Source: Promethearchaeota archaeon
GTDB lineage: Archaea; Asgardarchaeota; Lokiarchaeia; Sigyniarchaeales; SOKP01
Assembly (NCBI GenBank): GCA_011364975.1
Contig: RDOE01000096.1
Span: 1-10,975 of the forward strand
Direction: 5' to 3'
Length of the DNA: 10,975 nt
A program made the position numbers and the translations under genes. Positions 7,465-10,975 of this stretch are shown here, piece by piece. The notes beneath the pieces were generated by a model that made no database searches, was not told where the DNA came from, and was given only the letters and a program-made list of their open reading frames with translations. Positions within the stretch are counted from its first letter, which is position 1, and each line of letters starts with the position of its first letter.

Positions 7465-8837
7465 TTTTCTGTCACCTCCCAATTACCTGGATTCATAATT
7501 CCGTTTGGATCCAGAGTCTTACGTATTAGATTTAATAATTTTTTGTAATTATTATCCATTTTATCTAGAACTAGCTTTTGTCCCTCTAATTCAACTTTCC
7601 AAGGAATTCCTCCTAAATTTAAAGCTAACTCGTTAGTTTCATGAAGAGCTGATCTTGCATTTTCCATATCTTTGGGATCCGCACGGTTAAATGAATAGGA
7701 GAAGAATACAACAATTGTGTGAGTACCACTCATTAATCTTGAACCAATAGTTGGAGGGATATTATGTTTTCTAGAAATCTCGGCAGCTTTAATGTAAGCT
7801 TCAGGAACCTTTTCCAAAGGCATAAATGCGCCTACATATTCGAAGCCTCCTCCTTTTCGATAATCTGCTGCTCCCGCGGCAAATATAGGTTTTTCAAGAT
7901 ATATTGTTCTCATTCGATCCGGGGGCTTCATAAAACGGGCATTTCCTTTTTTGTATACTTTTTTGAATATCTTTGTATTTTCTTCAATTACCTCTTGTGT
8001 TTCACCCGTTACGTAGGTCATGACAAAAATATAACCTTTCATCCATTCTGGCTTGTCTTGCATACCCAATAAAACATCTTCAGCCAAACCTGTTGCGGTT
8101 ATTTCTAGTAATAACTTAGGAATGTCTTTAGGATCATTTAATAATCCAAATACAACATCTCTAAAATTAGGTTTTGGATATAGTTTGACGGATAGCTTAG
8201 TAATTACACCTAAAGTCCCAAAAGAGCTGGTAAATAAACCAATTAAGTCTGGAATCGGTCCTCTTGAAAACCAATAATTTGAAACAGAACATGAGCCCAA
8301 CTTACAGATATCTCCATTAGGTAATACTACCTCTAATCCATTGATCATTGAACCATGATCTCCATACTTTTGAGATAAATACCCCGATCCATGGATCAAT
8401 ACATTCCCTGCAACCGTTGCCGAAGGTGGTGCATCTGGAATAGGTGGCTGTAATTGGGGATAATTATTGTTTAGATATGAAAGCAATTGACCAGTTGATA
8501 CTCCTGCTTCTATCAATGCGAAGCGACTGGGTTCATTTATTTCAATAATTTTATTCATTCGTTTCATATCCATTACTATCCCTCCTTTTACTGGAATGAT
8601 TAATCCACTAAGGGTCAAACCACCACCCATAGGTATGATTGGTATTTTTTCTTTATTTGCGTACTTTATTATTTGTTGGACTTCATCTACAGTCATAGGT
8701 AACACAATAAAGTCGACATTTCTTGGTTTAGATGCTCCGGGATCTTGAGAATAAATATAAAGCTCTTCTTCTCGATTACTTGCATATTCGTTCCCAACTA
8801 TATTTTGTAATTGTTTAAGGACAATTTCTTTATCCAT
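7461..8837 (-). CDS. FAD-binding oxidoreductase, GlcD/D-lactate dehydrogenase/VAO (PCMH) superfamily
   Basis: IVLPMTVDEVQQII, PMGGGLTLSG, IEAGV, ATVAGN, GLEVVLPNGDI, SSFGTLGVITK, C-terminal LDPNGIMNPG. Confidence 0.93.
   Translation of the reverse strand: MDKEIVLKQLQNIVGNEYASNREEELYIYSQDPGASKPRNVDFIVLPMTVDEVQQIIKYANKEKIPIIPMGGGLTLSGLIIPVKGGIVMDMKRMNKIIEINEPSRFALIEAGVSTGQLLSYLNNNYPQLQPPIPDAPPSATVAGNVLIHGSGYLSQKYGDHGSMINGLEVVLPNGDICKLGSCSVSNYWFSRGPIPDLIGLFTSSFGTLGVITKLSVKLYPKPNFRDVVFGLLNDPKDIPKLLLEITATGLAEDVLLGMQDKPEWMKGYIFVMTYVTGETQEVIEENTKIFKKVYKKGNARFMKPPDRMRTIYLEKPIFAAGAADYRKGGGFEYVGAFMPLEKVPEAYIKAAEISRKHNIPPTIGSRLMSGTHTIVVFFSYSFNRADPKDMENARSALHETNELALNLGGIPWKVELEGQKLVLDKMDNNYKKLLNLIRKTLDPNGIMNPGNWEVTEK
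7472..7479 (-). promoter_or_regulatory. Strong Shine-Dalgarno (GGAGGTGA) inside the 3' end of the FAD oxidoreductase gene; translational coupling
   Basis: Plus strand tcacctcc, 7 nt upstream of ATG 7464 on the minus strand. Confidence 0.75.
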
Positions 8838-8896
8838 GATGATGGCATTGAATGATTTTTTAATTAATAATAATTCATTATTAGATTTTTAAAGAT

Positions 8897-8910
8897 ATAA
8901 AGTTATAATT
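8897..8910 (+). promoter_or_regulatory. Candidate archaeal BRE/TATA (aaagTTATAA) for the 8936 gene, possibly leaderless
   Basis: TTATAA at 8903-8908 is preceded by purines and ends about 27 nt upstream of ATG 8936. No SD is visible. Confidence 0.35.
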
Positions 8911-8935
8911 AAATATTACATAATTAATTCATTAT

Positions 8936-9481
8936 ATGGTTATTAAAGCAAAAGGAAGAACCTTTCTTAGATTACTCGGAGCAACATTCATTCTAATTGG
9001 TTTAATTATTTCAATTTTTCTTAGCTTTACCTTAATAGATAATTCTTTTGTTTCTATAATGGTTATTTTAATAATTTTGCCTTGGGTTTTATTTAGCATT
9101 TTTTTAAAATTAGAGATCGATTTTTTTACAACTAATTTTAAGAGAATATTGATTTTAACAATGATTTATTCCCTAATCTTAATCTTTTTAACTTTTCTGC
9201 AAGAATTTTCTTCTGGTATTCTTCTCTCTTTTTATTCATTTACTCTTTTGCTTTTACTAGTATGTTGGCATTTTTCTTTATCAATTTATAAAAAAGAAAA
9301 AGTAATCTTTGTTATTAGTGGTTCAGTTTACATGATTAATATTCTTAGCTTTAGTTCACAATTATTTTTGTTAAACCCTCCTATTTTTATTTTAAATATC
9401 GTTATTGTATGTTTTGGGATCTTAAGTATCATAATTATTGAGATTAGCTTGAGAAAAAAAGGATTTTTAACATACATTTAG
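8936..9481 (+). CDS. Hypothetical integral membrane protein (about 6 TM)
   Basis: 181 aa ORF, almost entirely hydrophobic segments with short basic loops. No family motif recognised. Confidence 0.75.
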   Translation: MVIKAKGRTFLRLLGATFILIGLIISIFLSFTLIDNSFVSIMVILIILPWVLFSIFLKLEIDFFTTNFKRILILTMIYSLILIFLTFLQEFSSGILLSFYSFTLLLLLVCWHFSLSIYKKEKVIFVISGSVYMINILSFSSQLFLLNPPIFILNIVIVCFGILSIIIIEISLRKKGFLTYI

Positions 9482-9630
9482 CCAATGTTATGATTATCTG
9501 AAATTTTTTAGGATAATTAATGTTAAACGATTAATAGATATACTGTAAAAAAAAGAGATATAGATTTTCTCAAAAGATCAAAAAATTTATTATATGACAT
9601 ATAATCTCGTTGAAATAAGTGAGTTGAGTT

Positions 9631-10407
9631 ATGAATAAAAAATTTTGTATATCATCAGAGGATCTTATAAAAGTTATCGCAGAAAAAACTAAGAAAAAGG
9701 AGAATGAGTTCCAGGTTAACCCAATAGTAATTATAACATTCTCTCGATTTTTAATCGAATTTTTCAAGGCACAAATAACATTGATCGAAGATAATTGGCT
9801 TATGCCATACCATCCTTACGCTTCAAATCCTATTTTTCGAGGGTCGTATAATAATAAAAATATAACAATAATTAACCCCCCAATGGGAGCTTCACCAATT
9901 TCCACTATTGTAGAGGATTTAATATTTTGTGGAGCTGAAGTAATTTTATTAGCTTGTGGAAGTTGGGCGATTGACAATAATATTCAATTACTCGATTTTA
10001 TAATTCCCACCCATGCCTTGGGTAAAGATGGAACATCAATTTACTATAATCGTGAGTCTAATGAGCATACGATAATTAATAATGATATTGTACAAATTTT
10101 AATAAAAGAGACTCAAAGAATAACAGATCGTTTTCATATAGGCAAAAATTACTCGCTTGAAGCTTTCTATAAACTAGAAAAAACTGAAATTGTTAAAATT
10201 CAAAAATCTGGCTGTATATCAATGGAAAATGGAGAACTTAATGTTTTAGCTACAATATGTAATTCAAAAAAAATCAAATTTGGAGCGCTTTTTTATAACT
10301 ATTATAATCCCTTAAAAGGATGGAATATACCATGGTTAGATAAAACTTACGAGGATTGCATTAATTTACAAGGGGAAATATTACTCAATGTTATTCTAAA
10401 AGTATAA
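9631..10407 (+). CDS. Nucleoside phosphorylase (PNP/UDP, NP-I) family protein, divergent
   Basis: PMGASPISTIVEDLIFCGAEVIL, DFIIPTHALGKDGTSIYY, GKNYSLEAFY and GCISMENGE align to uridine/purine phosphorylase motifs. Confidence 0.78.
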   Translation: MNKKFCISSEDLIKVIAEKTKKKENEFQVNPIVIITFSRFLIEFFKAQITLIEDNWLMPYHPYASNPIFRGSYNNKNITIINPPMGASPISTIVEDLIFCGAEVILLACGSWAIDNNIQLLDFIIPTHALGKDGTSIYYNRESNEHTIINNDIVQILIKETQRITDRFHIGKNYSLEAFYKLEKTEIVKIQKSGCISMENGELNVLATICNSKKIKFGALFYNYYNPLKGWNIPWLDKTYEDCINLQGEILLNVILKV

Positions 10408-10418
10408 ATTCAGACAAA

Positions 10419-10973
10419 TTAAAAATTATAATTGTCTAACCTATTCCAAAAACTTCTTAAATCTTCTTTCGAAAATGAATATTTAAGATTAAGGGGATTA
10501 GAATGTTCTTCTCTAAAAAATTTTGGGACATCATTCATATCTTGTGAAATACCGGCGCTCTCATTAAATTGGATTTCATTTTTTAAAATTTTCCTCCCTA
10601 TATCGATAATATCTTGTCGTGTTAAATGAAGATCATACATAGCATTTATTGCGCTTGCGATTACTCCCATATTTTCATAACTAGGACCCACAAAATAACA
10701 TAATCCCATTGAATCCATTACAGCTGTGTATATTTGCAATTCAAAAGATAAATCTAACTTTTTATCATCTTTAGTTAATTCTCCATAATCCTTATGCTGA
10801 CTTGAAACTCTCCCAGCAATAGCAGCCCCGCTTGTATGATCTGCACCCATAGGTGAGGTCGCGTATGTAACACCCATCGCTTTAAATACTCGACAATCAT
10901 ACGCAGAAATCCCTTGCCCCTTTACTTCGGGAATTCGACTTGCGTTTAAAATCCTTCCCAGATATTTAACCCC
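10419..10973 (-). CDS. Aldehyde:ferredoxin oxidoreductase (tungstopterin AOR family), C-terminal part; 5' end beyond window
   Basis: The frame is open to the window edge: GVKYLGRILNASRIPEVKGQGISAYDCRVFKAMGVTYATSPMGADHT...DSMGLCYF, typical AOR VKGQ..AYDPR..G..YATSPMGADH and DS.G.C.F motifs. Confidence 0.92.
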   Translation of the reverse strand, partial: GVKYLGRILNASRIPEVKGQGISAYDCRVFKAMGVTYATSPMGADHTSGAAIAGRVSSQHKDYGELTKDDKKLDLSFELQIYTAVMDSMGLCYFVGPSYENMGVIASAINAMYDLHLTRQDIIDIGRKILKNEIQFNESAGISQDMNDVPKFFREEHSNPLNLKYSFSKEDLRSFWNRLDNYNF

Positions 10974-10975
10974 AT

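Noticed and set aside
7764-8277. Plus-strand ORFs 7764-8072 and 8053-8277
   Set aside because: Antisense to the well-supported FAD oxidoreductase.
9570-9767. Minus-strand 65-aa ORF
   Set aside because: Mostly antisense to the phosphorylase gene; no support.
10432-10629. Plus-strand 65-aa ORF
   Set aside because: Antisense to the AOR gene.
10890-10901. YDCR instead of the usual YDPR in the AOR
   Set aside because: A single substitution in a partial gene; significance cannot be judged without the rest of the protein.
1-10975. CRISPR array, tRNA/rRNA, IS element or defence island
   Set aside because: No spaced repeats, no GC-rich structured intergenic segment, and no transposase, integrase or nuclease-effector motifs seen.

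Overview
AT-rich (roughly 30% GC by eye), gene-dense window of housekeeping and metabolic genes. It is most likely archaeal. GGTGA-type Shine-Dalgarno sites, an archaeal-type split MgtE plus PhoU/TrkA-C operon, an AOR and a CCG-domain protein fit an anaerobic archaeon, possibly Asgard/Lokiarchaeia-like; this is inference and was not tested. Left to right: a partial MgtE membrane domain and a second MgtE membrane domain, separated by one in-frame stop; a tandem (PhoU-TrkA_C)x2 protein; a 6-phospho-3-hexuloisomerase-like SIS protein; a small Sm/Hfq-like-fold ORF; two tandem, equal-length SET-domain lysine methyltransferase paralogs; endonuclease IV (minus); a CapA-family metallophosphoesterase; a GlcD-like FAD oxidoreductase and GlcF/HdrD-like Fe-S/CCG pair (minus); a membrane protein; a divergent nucleoside phosphorylase-family protein; and the 3' end of an aldehyde:ferredoxin oxidoreductase (minus). 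No RNA genes, CRISPR arrays or mobile elements were seen. The most interesting items are the SET pair with divergent charge, the in-frame MgtE junction, the Sm-like ORF, and several enzymes with altered catalytic motifs. Nothing here demonstrates a new system from sequence alone.
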